DNA of 64,000 bases from an uncultured Chloroflexia bacterium (GTDB taxonomy: Bacteria > Chloroflexota > Limnocylindria > Limnocylindrales > CSP1-4): the NCBI GenBank assembly GCA_963749705.1, contig CAVVNQ010000015.1, positions 1 to 64,000 on the forward strand. The letters run 5' to 3'. Of the stretch, positions 1 to 9,120 are shown one piece after another (the stretch's first letter is position 1; each line of letters opens with the position of its first letter). Below the pieces are notes generated by a model, which was not told the DNA's origin, ran no database searches, and saw nothing but the letters and a program-made list of their open reading frames with translations. The position numbers and the translations under genes are program-made.

Positions 1-219
1 CGCGCGGCGCCTGCCTCCGACCACCACAAGGTCGCGTCCGCTTACAGCTCGAAGGGGAGCGCTTTCGGGCTCCTGCCTTCCCTGCGCACCGGTACTTCTG
101 GCTGATCGCGCCTTGCCATCCGGCCCGTCGGACCGCGCCGAGGCCACCGATATACTCGGATTCACGTTCCACCTTCGGTCGCGTCCCGTCATCATCGCCG
201 CGCTCATGCCCAGGAGGCA

Positions 220-2415
220 TTGATGAAGACAGGACATCGCCCGGTCGCGGGCGCAATCGCGCTGAGCTTCATGCTCGCGCTGGGATCGATCGCGACGGTC
301 CAGGCAGCCCAGCCGCAGGCAGATACCGTCGCCACGCAGCACATCAGCGGAACGATCACCGGGAGCGGGGCCGCCCCCCTCGAAGGCATCCACGTCGGAG
401 CCTTCACCGATAGCGGCGGCTTTGGCTGGGTGACGACCGCCGCCGATGGCACGTACACGCTCCCCGTGCCCGCCGGGATCTACCAGATCTGGGTGTCCGA
501 CCCTGCTGGCATCTACACGTATGGCTACTACAGCAGCGTCGCTGCGGGCCATCACACGCTGGACAGGGACGCGGCAAGCGACGTTGACGCGACCACAGCG
601 GATGTGACGGACATCGATGTCTACATGCCCCTCGTCCTGGCTGCCGTTCCCGGCGCGCCGACCGCCGTGGCCGCGACCGCCGGCAATGCCCAGGCCGCGG
701 TGACCTGGACCGCACCCGCCAGCGATGGCGGCGCCGCGATCAGCGGCTACACCGTGACCAGCAGCCCCGGCGCCAAGACCTGCGCCACCGCCACGACCGG
801 CTGCACCGTGACCGGCCTCACCAACGGCACCGCGTACACGTTCACCGTGACCGCCACCAACGTGGCCGGCACCGGTCCCGCCTCGGCCGCCTCGAGCGCG
901 GTCACGCCGCGCACCGTTCCCGGCGCGCCGACCGCCGTGGCCGCGACCGCCGGCAATGCCCAGGCCGCGGTGACCTGGACCGCGCCCGCCAGCGATGGCG
1001 GCGCCGCGATCAGCGGCTACACCGTGACCAGCAGCCCCGGCGCCAAGACCTGCGCCACCGCCACGACCGGCTGCACCGTGACCGGCCTCACCAACGGCAC
1101 CGCGTACACGTTCACCGTGACCGCCACCAACGTGGCCGGCACCGGTCCCGCCTCGGCCGCCTCGAGCGCGGTCACGCCGCGCACCGTTCCCGGCGCGCCG
1201 ACCGCCGTGGCCGCGACCGCCGGCAATGCCCAGGCCGCGGTGACCTGGACCGCACCCGCCAGCGATGGCGGCGCCGCGATCAGCGGCTACACCGTGACCA
1301 GCAGCCCCGGCGCCAAGACCTGCGCCACCGCCACGACCGGCTGCACCGTGACCGGCCTCACCAACGGCACCGCGTACACGTTCACCGTGACCGCCACCAA
1401 CGTGGCCGGCACCGGTCCCGCCTCGGCCGCCTCGAGCGCGGTCACGCCGTTGGCTCCGGGAACCGTCGTCCGCTATGCCGGCCCCAACCGGTTCGCCACC
1501 GCCGCCGCGGTCAGCGCCAACACGTTCGACCCCGGTGTCGATATCGCGTACATCGCCAACGCCTACAACTTCCCCGATGCCCTCGCCGGCGCCGCCGCAG
1601 CGGGCATGACGGGGAAGCACGGTCCGGTGCTTCTGGTCGCCGCCACCGGCGCGATCAACGCCTCGACCGCCACCGAGCTCACCCGGCTCCATCCCCAGAA
1701 GATCGTCGTCCTGGGCAGCAGCGGCGTGGTGTCCGACGCGGTGCTCAACGCACTCAAGGCATACGCCACCGGCGGCAACGTCGTCCGCTATGCCGGCCCC
1801 AACCGGTTCGCCACCGCCGCCGCGGTCAGCGCCAACACGTTCGACCCCGGTGTCGATATCGCGTACATCGCCAACGCCTACAACTTCCCCGATGCCCTCG
1901 CCGGCGCCGCCGCAGCGGGCATGACGGGGAAGCACGGTCCGGTGCTCCTGGTCGCCGCCACCGGCGCGATCAACGCCTCGACCGCCACCGAGCTCACCCG
2001 GCTCCATCCCCAGAAGATCGTCGTCCTGGGCAGCAGCGGCGTGGTGTCCGACGCGGTGCTCAACGCACTCAAGGCATACGCCACCGGCGGCAACGTCGTC
2101 CGCTATGCCGGCCCCAACCGGTTCGCCACCGCCGCCGCGGTCAGCGCCAACACGTTCGACCCCGGTGTCGATATCGCGTACATCGCCAACGCCTACAACT
2201 TCCCCGATGCCCTCGCCGGCGCCGCCGCAGCGGGCATGACGGGGAAGCACGGTCCGGTGCTCCTGGTCGCCGCCACCGGCGCGATCAACGCCTCGACCGC
2301 CACCGAGCTCACCCGGCTCCATCCCCAGAAGATCGTCGTCCTGGGCAGCAGCGGCGTGGTGTCCGACGCGGTGCTCAACGCACTCAAGGCATACGCCACC
2401 GGCGCCACGAAGTAG
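220..2415 (+). CDS. Secreted cell-surface protein: signal peptide, carboxypeptidase-regulatory-like/Ig domain, 3x fibronectin type III, 3x cell wall binding repeat 2 (CWB2)
   Basis: GGAGG RBS upstream; signal peptide ending AVQAA; FN3 motifs ([31 protein letters not shown]); CWB2 motifs ([27 protein letters not shown]). Confidence 0.9.
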   Translation: MMKTGHRPVAGAIALSFMLALGSIATVQAAQPQADTVATQHISGTITGSGAAPLEGIHVGAFTDSGGFGWVTTAADGTYTLPVPAGIYQIWVSDPAGIYTYGYYSSVAAGHHTLDRDAASDVDATTADVTDIDVYMPLVLAAVPGAPTAVAATAGNAQAAVTWTAPASDGGAAISGYTVTSSPGAKTCATATTGCTVTGLTNGTAYTFTVTATNVAGTGPASAASSAVTPRTVPGAPTAVAATAGNAQAAVTWTAPASDGGAAISGYTVTSSPGAKTCATATTGCTVTGLTNGTAYTFTVTATNVAGTGPASAASSAVTPRTVPGAPTAVAATAGNAQAAVTWTAPASDGGAAISGYTVTSSPGAKTCATATTGCTVTGLTNGTAYTFTVTATNVAGTGPASAASSAVTPLAPGTVVRYAGPNRFATAAAVSANTFDPGVDIAYIANAYNFPDALAGAAAAGMTGKHGPVLLVAATGAINASTATELTRLHPQKIVVLGSSGVVSDAVLNALKAYATGGNVVRYAGPNRFATAAAVSANTFDPGVDIAYIANAYNFPDALAGAAAAGMTGKHGPVLLVAATGAINASTATELTRLHPQKIVVLGSSGVVSDAVLNALKAYATGGNVVRYAGPNRFATAAAVSANTFDPGVDIAYIANAYNFPDALAGAAAAGMTGKHGPVLLVAATGAINASTATELTRLHPQKIVVLGSSGVVSDAVLNALKAYATGATK
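644..1449 (+). repeat. Three near-identical 270-bp tandem units encoding FN3 domains
   Basis: Units start at about 644, 914 and 1184; only an isolated synonymous difference seen (gcacccgcc/gcgcccgcc). Confidence 0.95.
1464..2404 (+). repeat. Three near-identical 315-bp tandem units encoding CWB2 domains
   Basis: Units start at about 1464, 1779 and 2094; cttctg/ctcctg synonymous difference. Confidence 0.95.
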
Positions 2416-2442
2416 ACAACGGCTCTCCCGCACCAACGGCAT

Positions 2443-2467
2443 GCCCGCGGTCCGTGCGACCGCGGGC
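2443..2467. terminator. Hairpin between convergent genes
   Basis: gcccgcggtc-cgtgc-gaccgcgggc, perfect 10-bp stem. Confidence 0.6.
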
Positions 2468-2541
2468 TGCGGACCCGGCGGGGTCCGACCTCGGGCGTCT
2501 CCCGGCCGGCAGCGCCGCGCGTACCGGCCGCGCCGTCCCGC

Positions 2542-3189
2542 CTAGATCAGCCCTTCGCGGATCGCGTAGGCGACCGCGTGCGCCCGGTTGCGGAGCTCCA
2601 GCCGCGACGTCACGTCATGGATGATGTTCTTGACCGTGCGCTCGGAGTAGAACAGCTCGCGCCCCACCTCGGACGTGTCGTAGCCCTCCGCGAGCAGGCG
2701 CAGGACCGCGGTCTCGCGCTCGGTCAGCCCCGAGAATGTCAGGCCGCGCGGCGACAGCACCTGGCGCTGGAGCTGTCCGACCTGGCGCAGCAGGCGCCCG
2801 AGGAGATCCGGGGGCAGGCTGCCCTCATCCGCGGCGGCGGACCGGATCGCGGCGGCAAGGTTGCCCGCCGTGGCCTCGCTCCGCCGGACGACCGCGGTCA
2901 CACCGGCCTCGGCCGCCGCCAGGAGCCCCCGATCGTCGACCCTGGAGATGAGCAGGACCACGCGGCGGATACCTCGCGCACGGTGGCCCCGCAGCTCCGC
3001 GAGCACCGTGCCGTCGAGCTCATCGGCGACGACGAGGGCGACGACGTCGTCGGGCGCATCGCTTTCCGAGACGACGCTGAACCCCTGGGCACGCCGCAGC
3101 TGGCTCGCGATGCCTGCCTGCGAGAGCGGGTCGGCCGCCGACACGACAACCGTGATGCGCGGGGAGAACGGGACAGGCTCGGCGACCAT
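2542..3189 (-). CDS. LuxR-family regulator with degenerate receiver-like domain (CIS-cluster-associated type)
   Basis: C-terminal LTERE..VLRLLAEG..SERTVKN..LELRNRAHAVAYAIREGLI; ATG at 3189 with GGAGG RBS. Confidence 0.9.
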   Translation of the reverse strand: MVAEPVPFSPRITVVVSAADPLSQAGIASQLRRAQGFSVVSESDAPDDVVALVVADELDGTVLAELRGHRARGIRRVVLLISRVDDRGLLAAAEAGVTAVVRRSEATAGNLAAAIRSAAADEGSLPPDLLGRLLRQVGQLQRQVLSPRGLTFSGLTERETAVLRLLAEGYDTSEVGRELFYSERTVKNIIHDVTSRLELRNRAHAVAYAIREGLI

Positions 3190-3303
3190 CAGGAGACCCT
3201 CCTGCCGATCCCACGCCGGTCGAACTGAGACGCGTTGGCCGCGCCCGGGATCGCGCGACCGGACCCTACGTCGAGCCCGTGATCGCCCAGTCAACGCTGG
3301 CTT

Positions 3304-3327
3304 AACGGGCAGCCGGCGATGCCCGTT
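3304..3327. promoter_or_regulatory. Palindromic operator candidate AACGGGCA-n8-TGCCCGTT in the divergent luxR/operon promoter
   Basis: Perfect 8-bp inverted repeat; near copy at 49982-50004. Confidence 0.55.
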
Positions 3328-3403
3328 CGGCTTGCCCGGCCGGCCAAACGGGACGTCCGACTGCGCCCTGTTCGGCTCGCACGCGCACGGCTACACTTCG
3401 CTC

Positions 3404-4654
3404 GTGGGAGCCTCCGTCACCCTGGTCAATCCGGCCGTCACCGTCGAGCCGGGCCAGGAAGCCGCCGTCGATATCCGCGTCCGCAACACCGGCACGGTCG
3501 TCGACGAGTTCGTCCTCGAGGTGCTGGGCGACAGCGCGGCGTGGGCGACGGTCGAACCGCCGGTGCTGTCCCTGTTCCCCGGCGCGGAGGGGACGTCGCG
3601 CATCCTGTTCCGCCCGCCGCGCCAGTCGAGCACGCCCACGGGCGCCGTCCCGTACGGGCTCCGGGCTCGGTCCCAGGAGGACCCGGCCGGATCCGCGGTC
3701 GAGGAAGGGTCGGTCGAGGTCGGCAGCTTCCAGGCGCCGTTCGCCGAGCTCGTTCCGCGCACCTCCCGCGGCTCCCGGTCCGGGTCGCACGACCTCGCCG
3801 TCGACAACCGCGGCAACGCGCGCCTGAGCGCCGAGATCGAGGCAGCCGACGCCGACCGCCTGCTCAAGTTCGACGTCAGGCCGCCGGCCCTGGTGGTCGA
3901 ACCGGGGATGGCCGAGTTCGCGAAGCTTCGCGTCAGCCCGGTCAAGCGCTTCTGGCGGGGCACCCCCAAGACCCGTGCGTTCAAGCTCCTGGTCAAGCCC
4001 GAGGGCGGCGCGCCGATCTCCCTCGACGGGACGCTGCTCCAGGAGTCGATGCTCCCGTCGTGGTTCGTCAAGGCGCTGATCGCCCTGGTGCTGTTGCTGA
4101 TCGCCCTGGTCGTGCTGTGGCTGTTCGTGCTCCAGCCATCGATCAAGAGCGCCGCGTCGGAGGCGGTGGCCTCGCCCCTGGCGAGCCTCAAGGCCGACGT
4201 GAACAGCGCGCTCCAGGCTGCCGGGCTGGCGACCATCCCGCCCGAGGGTGGCGCCGCCGGCGGGCCGACGCCCACGCCCGCGCCGACCGACACGCCGGCG
4301 CCCGGCGAGACCCCCGGTCCCACGGCCACCCCCGGAGCCCCGGTGATCCCCGGTCTGGGCAACGCGATTGACGGGCACCTCGACGAGAACACGAAGTCGT
4401 TCGCCCCCCAGGGGACGTTGTTCATCACGGACCTCGTGTTCTCGAACCCCAACGGCCGTGAGGGCGCGATCGTGGTGCTCCGCGACGCGACGCCGTTGCT
4501 CCAGCTCAAGCTCGAGAACTTCCGCGACTACGACCTCCACTTCGTGACGCCCATCGTGATCGCCGAAGGGCAGAGCCTCAACCTGTCCCTCGTGTGCAGC
4601 GACGGCCAGACGTGCAATCCGGCACTGTTCTACTCCGGGTACCTCAAGCCCTGA
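3404..4654 (+). CDS. Membrane-anchored protein with N-terminal Ig-like (COG1470-like) domains, resembling the 'hydrolytic protein'/effector-core proteins of actinobacterial CIS clusters
   Basis: VEPGQ..IRVRNTGTVVDEF..WATVEPP.LSLFPG..ELVPRT..AVDNRGN; one TM helix then PT-rich linker; GTG 6 nt after TACACT (leaderless). Confidence 0.7.
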   Translation: MGASVTLVNPAVTVEPGQEAAVDIRVRNTGTVVDEFVLEVLGDSAAWATVEPPVLSLFPGAEGTSRILFRPPRQSSTPTGAVPYGLRARSQEDPAGSAVEEGSVEVGSFQAPFAELVPRTSRGSRSGSHDLAVDNRGNARLSAEIEAADADRLLKFDVRPPALVVEPGMAEFAKLRVSPVKRFWRGTPKTRAFKLLVKPEGGAPISLDGTLLQESMLPSWFVKALIALVLLLIALVVLWLFVLQPSIKSAASEAVASPLASLKADVNSALQAAGLATIPPEGGAAGGPTPTPAPTDTPAPGETPGPTATPGAPVIPGLGNAIDGHLDENTKSFAPQGTLFITDLVFSNPNGREGAIVVLRDATPLLQLKLENFRDYDLHFVTPIVIAEGQSLNLSLVCSDGQTCNPALFYSGYLKP

Positions 4655-6729
4655 GGCCCGCGATCGCGCGGTCGGCCGCCATCGGCCTGGTGCTGCTGCT
4701 CGTGTCGCCCATGCCGGTTGCCGCCGTGCCCGAGGCTCCGCGGGTCAGCGGGCAGGCGACGGTCCCGACCGGCGCGCCGCTGCCGGCTCCGCCCGGCACG
4801 ACCAGCCTCGTCTCGTACCGGTTCGGGGGCAGCCCTGGCGCAGGGCCGGCGGGCGGCGGCCCGTCCGCGCAGGTCTCCATCTCCGCCGACGGACGGTATG
4901 TGGCGTTCACCTCGAATGCCCCGGACCTCGTGACCGGTGACACCAACGGCGCGCTCGACGTGTTCGTGCTCGACCGGAGCACCGGGAGGATGACGCGGCT
5001 CGGCCTGCCGGGCGGCGTGCCGGTGCCGCCGGGCGGCAGCGCGGGGGAGCCGTCGATCTCGGCGGACGGCCGGATCGTCGCCTACACCTACCAGCCGCCG
5101 TCCGGCTTCACGACCGTCGCCCTGGGCTCGGTCGTGCTCGCCTGGGATCGCACGACCGGGGCCGTCGAGGTCGTGTCCAAGACCACCACGGGCGCCAATG
5201 CGGCGGGCAGCCGGCAGGCATCGGTATCGGCCGACGGCCGGTTCGTGGCGTTCGTCTCGGCCAGCGGGTCGGTCGCCGGCAAGGACGGCAATGACAAGCC
5301 GGACGTGTTCCGCTACGACCGGGTGGCGAAGCAGACGGTCCTGATCTCCGCCCGGACGGACGGGATCAGCACCCCCTCCGGGACGTCGAACGATCCATCG
5401 ATCTCGGCGGACGGCAACGTCGTCGCGTTCGTGTCGGACGCCGGGGGCACGATCATTCGCGACGAGATCGGGTCCGGCACCCAGGTCTACGTCCGGGACG
5501 TGGCGGCCGGGGTGACCACGCGCGTGAGCGCGCCTCCCGGCGCCGGCTCGGGCGAGCAGCCGGACGGCCCGTCATCGGCGCCCTCGATCTCGGCGGACGG
5601 CCGGTATGTCGCCTTCGAATCGTCGGCCACCAACCTCGTGCCCGGCGATAAGAATGGCGCGGCGGACGTGTTCCGCAAGGATCGGACCTCGGGAACCATG
5701 ACGCTGGTGTCGGTGACGTCGACGGGAGCGCAGCCCAAGGGCTCCAGCGGGCAGGCGGCCATCTCGGCCGACGGACGCGTCGTCGCGTTCGCCTCGACGG
5801 CGTCGGACCTGGTCGCGATGGCCGGCGGCATCGTGCCTGCGGCCGTGGTGCTGGGCGGCACCGAGATCTACGCGCGTGACGTCGATGCGGGCCAGACCGT
5901 GCTGGTGTCGGTCAACCTCAAGGGCACCGCCGGCGGCGGACGCAGCCAGACGCCGGCCGTGAGCCGCGACGGACGGTTCGTTGCCTTCGCGTCCACCGCC
6001 GAGGGGCTGGTGGCGGGCGACGGCAACAAGCTGAGCGATGCGTTCCTGCGCGACATGCCGCCCGTGCCGCAGCTCAGCCCGCCGGTGCTCGACCTCGGGG
6101 CGCGTGCGGTGGGGGTCACCAGCCTGCCGGCCGCAGCGATCCTGTCCAACGCCGGATGGGGTCCGCTCCCGGTCACCGGGGCGACGATCACGGGAGCGAT
6201 GGCCGGGGACTTCGCCGTCGTCGCCGACAGCTGCGCGGGCGCCGTGCTCCATCGCACCGAGGCCTGCACCGTCTCGGTCACGTTCACCCCGACAGCACCC
6301 GGGAACCGGACCGCGACGCTCGAGGTCGCGGACGCGTTCAGGGGCTCGCCGCGGACCGCGCGACTGACGGGCGCCGCGTCGCTGGCCAAGCTCGAGCTCG
6401 ATCCGCCGATCGGTCCTCCGGGCACCGTGACCATCGCGACCGGCTCGGGGTTCCCGCCCAACACCGCGGTGCGCCTGCAGTGGAGCACGGGGATCACGCC
6501 CCACCTGCCGCCGGTCATCACCGACGCAAAGGGCCGGTTCCGGATCCAGGTCCTGGTGTTCCACAACGACCGGACCGGATCGCGCGAGCTGACCGCGGAC
6601 GCGGTCGACGGGGTCGCCTTCCCCGAGACGGCCGCCACGATGTTCGTGAGCCAGGCATCGACGGTGCCGCCGAGCTTCGTGATCCTGCGGCTGCTCGATC
6701 TGCCGATCGTCCTGGTCATGCGGGGCTAG
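4651..6729 (+). CDS. Secreted TolB-like/PD40 beta-propeller protein with choice-of-anchor D (ASH-like) Ig domain
   Basis: Repeated SISADGRYVAF.S.A.NLV.GD.NG..DVF; L...EACTVSVTFTPT..G.RTATL; signal peptide. Start uncertain (CTG overlapping the upstream TGA). Confidence 0.85.
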   Translation: MRPAIARSAAIGLVLLLVSPMPVAAVPEAPRVSGQATVPTGAPLPAPPGTTSLVSYRFGGSPGAGPAGGGPSAQVSISADGRYVAFTSNAPDLVTGDTNGALDVFVLDRSTGRMTRLGLPGGVPVPPGGSAGEPSISADGRIVAYTYQPPSGFTTVALGSVVLAWDRTTGAVEVVSKTTTGANAAGSRQASVSADGRFVAFVSASGSVAGKDGNDKPDVFRYDRVAKQTVLISARTDGISTPSGTSNDPSISADGNVVAFVSDAGGTIIRDEIGSGTQVYVRDVAAGVTTRVSAPPGAGSGEQPDGPSSAPSISADGRYVAFESSATNLVPGDKNGAADVFRKDRTSGTMTLVSVTSTGAQPKGSSGQAAISADGRVVAFASTASDLVAMAGGIVPAAVVLGGTEIYARDVDAGQTVLVSVNLKGTAGGGRSQTPAVSRDGRFVAFASTAEGLVAGDGNKLSDAFLRDMPPVPQLSPPVLDLGARAVGVTSLPAAAILSNAGWGPLPVTGATITGAMAGDFAVVADSCAGAVLHRTEACTVSVTFTPTAPGNRTATLEVADAFRGSPRTARLTGAASLAKLELDPPIGPPGTVTIATGSGFPPNTAVRLQWSTGITPHLPPVITDAKGRFRIQVLVFHNDRTGSRELTADAVDGVAFPETAATMFVSQASTVPPSFVILRLLDLPIVLVMRG

Positions 6730-6735
6730 GGGCTC

Positions 6736-7923
6736 ATGCCCGACGCCGCATCGATCATCTGCCGCCGGTGCGGGACCGCCAACACGCCGGGCGACCAGTT
6801 CTGCGGATCGTGCGGGGCGTTCCTCGAGTGGGAGGGGCAGCCCGCCGAACCCGGATCGTCCGCGGATCCCGGCGCCGGACCGGGTGCGGCCGCCGGGCCG
6901 GTGCCGGTCGGAAGCGGCCCGCCGGTGGCCGGAGGCGGCTCACCGGTCGCCGCAACGAACGTTCCGCCCAGGACGTCGGGGATGCCGGACATCGTGCCCT
7001 CGGATCCGATCTGGCCACCGGAGCCCGACCGGTCCACCGCTCCCTCCTCGCCGGCCGTCCCGCCCGCCGACGACGCCGCTGCCGGCCTGATCCGCTGCCC
7101 GTCGTGCGGGATCGCCAACCCCGCGACCCGGACGTTCTGCCAGTCCTGCGGGACCACGCTTGCACAGGCCGCCCGTGTGATCGAGCCCGACGCCGCCGCG
7201 ATCGCCGCCGCCGTCGCCCGCCAGCCCGCCGGGCCATCCGCCGCCACGGCACCCGTTCCGCCCGCCGCGCCCCGGGCCGGCCGGGCGTCGCGGGGGTTCC
7301 CGACGTGGATCCTCGTCATCGGGGGTCTGGGGATCCTGTTCGGCGCCGGCGTCGTCGCGGCGTCGATGCTGCTCAGCGGTCCGGGGCCCGGGAGCATCGC
7401 GACATCCGCCCCCGAATCGGCCGCGCCATCGAGCGCCGTCGTCTCCGCGGCACCCAGTCCCACGCCGGCACCGGTGCAGCTGACGCTCAAGACGGCCAAG
7501 GCATCGTCGGTTGTCGGCAACCGGGCGAAGTTCGCGGCGGGCATGGCGATCGACGGCGACCCCAAGACCTGCTGGCAGGAGGGCAAGACCACCGAGAAGG
7601 GCCAGTGGATCGAGGTGACCTTCGCCAAGGCGCGGGTCGACGCAATCACTATGTACAACGGGTATGAGTTGTCGGACGATGCCTACTTCGCAAATCTGCG
7701 GCTGAAGGACGTCACGGTGTCGGTCAACGGCGGAGATCCGATCATGCTCCAGCTGAAGGACGCGCAGGGGCCCCAGCGGTTCGAGCTGGGTGGCATCGAC
7801 GATGCAACGAAGCTGCGGATCACGATCGTTTCGACCTACGCCTCGAAGAAGACGGCGTACGCGAACAGCCCATTCGACGACGCGGCGCTCAGCGAGGTCA
7901 TGCTGGAAGGCGCACCCCAGTGA
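6736..7923 (+). CDS. Zinc-ribbon + TM + discoidin/NADase-type glycan-binding domain protein
   Basis: Two CxxCG.AN....FCxxCG ribbons; TM helix; C-terminal ASS..A..AIDGDPKTCWQEG..GQWIEVTF..NGY..ALSEV. Confidence 0.8.
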   Translation: MPDAASIICRRCGTANTPGDQFCGSCGAFLEWEGQPAEPGSSADPGAGPGAAAGPVPVGSGPPVAGGGSPVAATNVPPRTSGMPDIVPSDPIWPPEPDRSTAPSSPAVPPADDAAAGLIRCPSCGIANPATRTFCQSCGTTLAQAARVIEPDAAAIAAAVARQPAGPSAATAPVPPAAPRAGRASRGFPTWILVIGGLGILFGAGVVAASMLLSGPGPGSIATSAPESAAPSSAVVSAAPSPTPAPVQLTLKTAKASSVVGNRAKFAAGMAIDGDPKTCWQEGKTTEKGQWIEVTFAKARVDAITMYNGYELSDDAYFANLRLKDVTVSVNGGDPIMLQLKDAQGPQRFELGGIDDATKLRITIVSTYASKKTAYANSPFDDAALSEVMLEGAPQ

Positions 7924-9101
7924 GCGCGTTCGGGGCCGCGGTCGGCAAGGTCGTCGGCCTGGGCGGTGGGCCGCAGCTCACGGCGGTGCTGCTCATCGGC
8001 GGGCTCGTGGTCGGTGCCGCCGCCGGCGGGTTCATCGCCTCCGGGCCGGGCGGCTCGCAGGGAACGGCCGGCGCGCAGCTCGAGATCTATCCGTGCCCGG
8101 ACCAGGGACCCGCGATCGCAACGGTGTCGTCGGGGCAGCAGATGCTGGTCACCGGCAAGACCGCGGACGGGGCCTGGCTGCGGATCTACTTCCCGGCACC
8201 GGGCCGGACCGAGGGCTGGGTCCAGGCCCAGGCGCTGACGCTCGATTCGTCCGCGGATGCGCTGCCGGTGGGGGAGTGCCAGCCGGTGACCGCGGCCGTC
8301 GGTTCCGTGGCGCCGGGCCAGACGCTGACCGCGATCGAGAACAACACGCCATCGCCCTCGCCGACGCCGGTCCCGACGGCGACGCCGAATGCCACGCCAT
8401 CGCCAGCGGCCTCTCGGCAACGACCAGCAAGATCAGCTATGACACCGGGTCCTACTGTCCGACCGCGGCGAAGAAGGTCACGTTCAAGGTAACGGCGAAG
8501 GACGACCACGGCGTCTCGGGCGTCACCCTGTTCTGGCGCGCCCCGGGCGCGGCCTCTATACCCAGGTACCGATGACCAAGGCCACGGGTGACGCCACGAG
8601 TGGCACGTGGCAGGTCACGCTCGACACCAAGGCCGATGGCACACCACCGCGGGCAAGCTCGCCTATTACGCCGAGGCCACGGACGTCGGGGGCGAGACGG
8701 ACGGACCCCGGCGAGCGGCGCCAGCACGATCACCGTGGCGGTGTGCGCGAACACCGGGCCCGCGATCACGGCAGCCAAGTCCTCCTCGGGCTCGACGTTG
8801 TACTGGGACCCCCTGCGCGTCGGGTCGTGCGCGATCTCGACATCCATCACCGCCAACGTGGACGATCACGGCTGTTGACCGTCGAGTCGGGCATCTCCAG
8901 CGTCTATCTCTACTTCACCGACTCGGCAACGGGTCGTGCATCCAGTCGAAGACAGATGTCGGCCGCTGGAGGCGACACGGACACAGTTGTGATCGACGCT
9001 GCGACAGATTCGATCGCAATCGGGGATCGTACGATCCGACGTACGCGAAGGCCGACCAACGCCGGGTCAAGCTGACGGCCCAGTCCGACAACGTCCGTTG
9101 A
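7920..9101 (+). pseudogene. Membrane-anchored SH3-like + Ig-like repeat protein broken by several frameshifts
   Basis: SH3b-like VTGKTADGAWLRIY..GWV in 7920-8492; protein-like text continues by switching among the frames of ORFs 7790, 8572, 8607 and 8588. Confidence 0.6.
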
Positions 9102-9120
9102 TTCGTGGTCAAGTGCTGAC

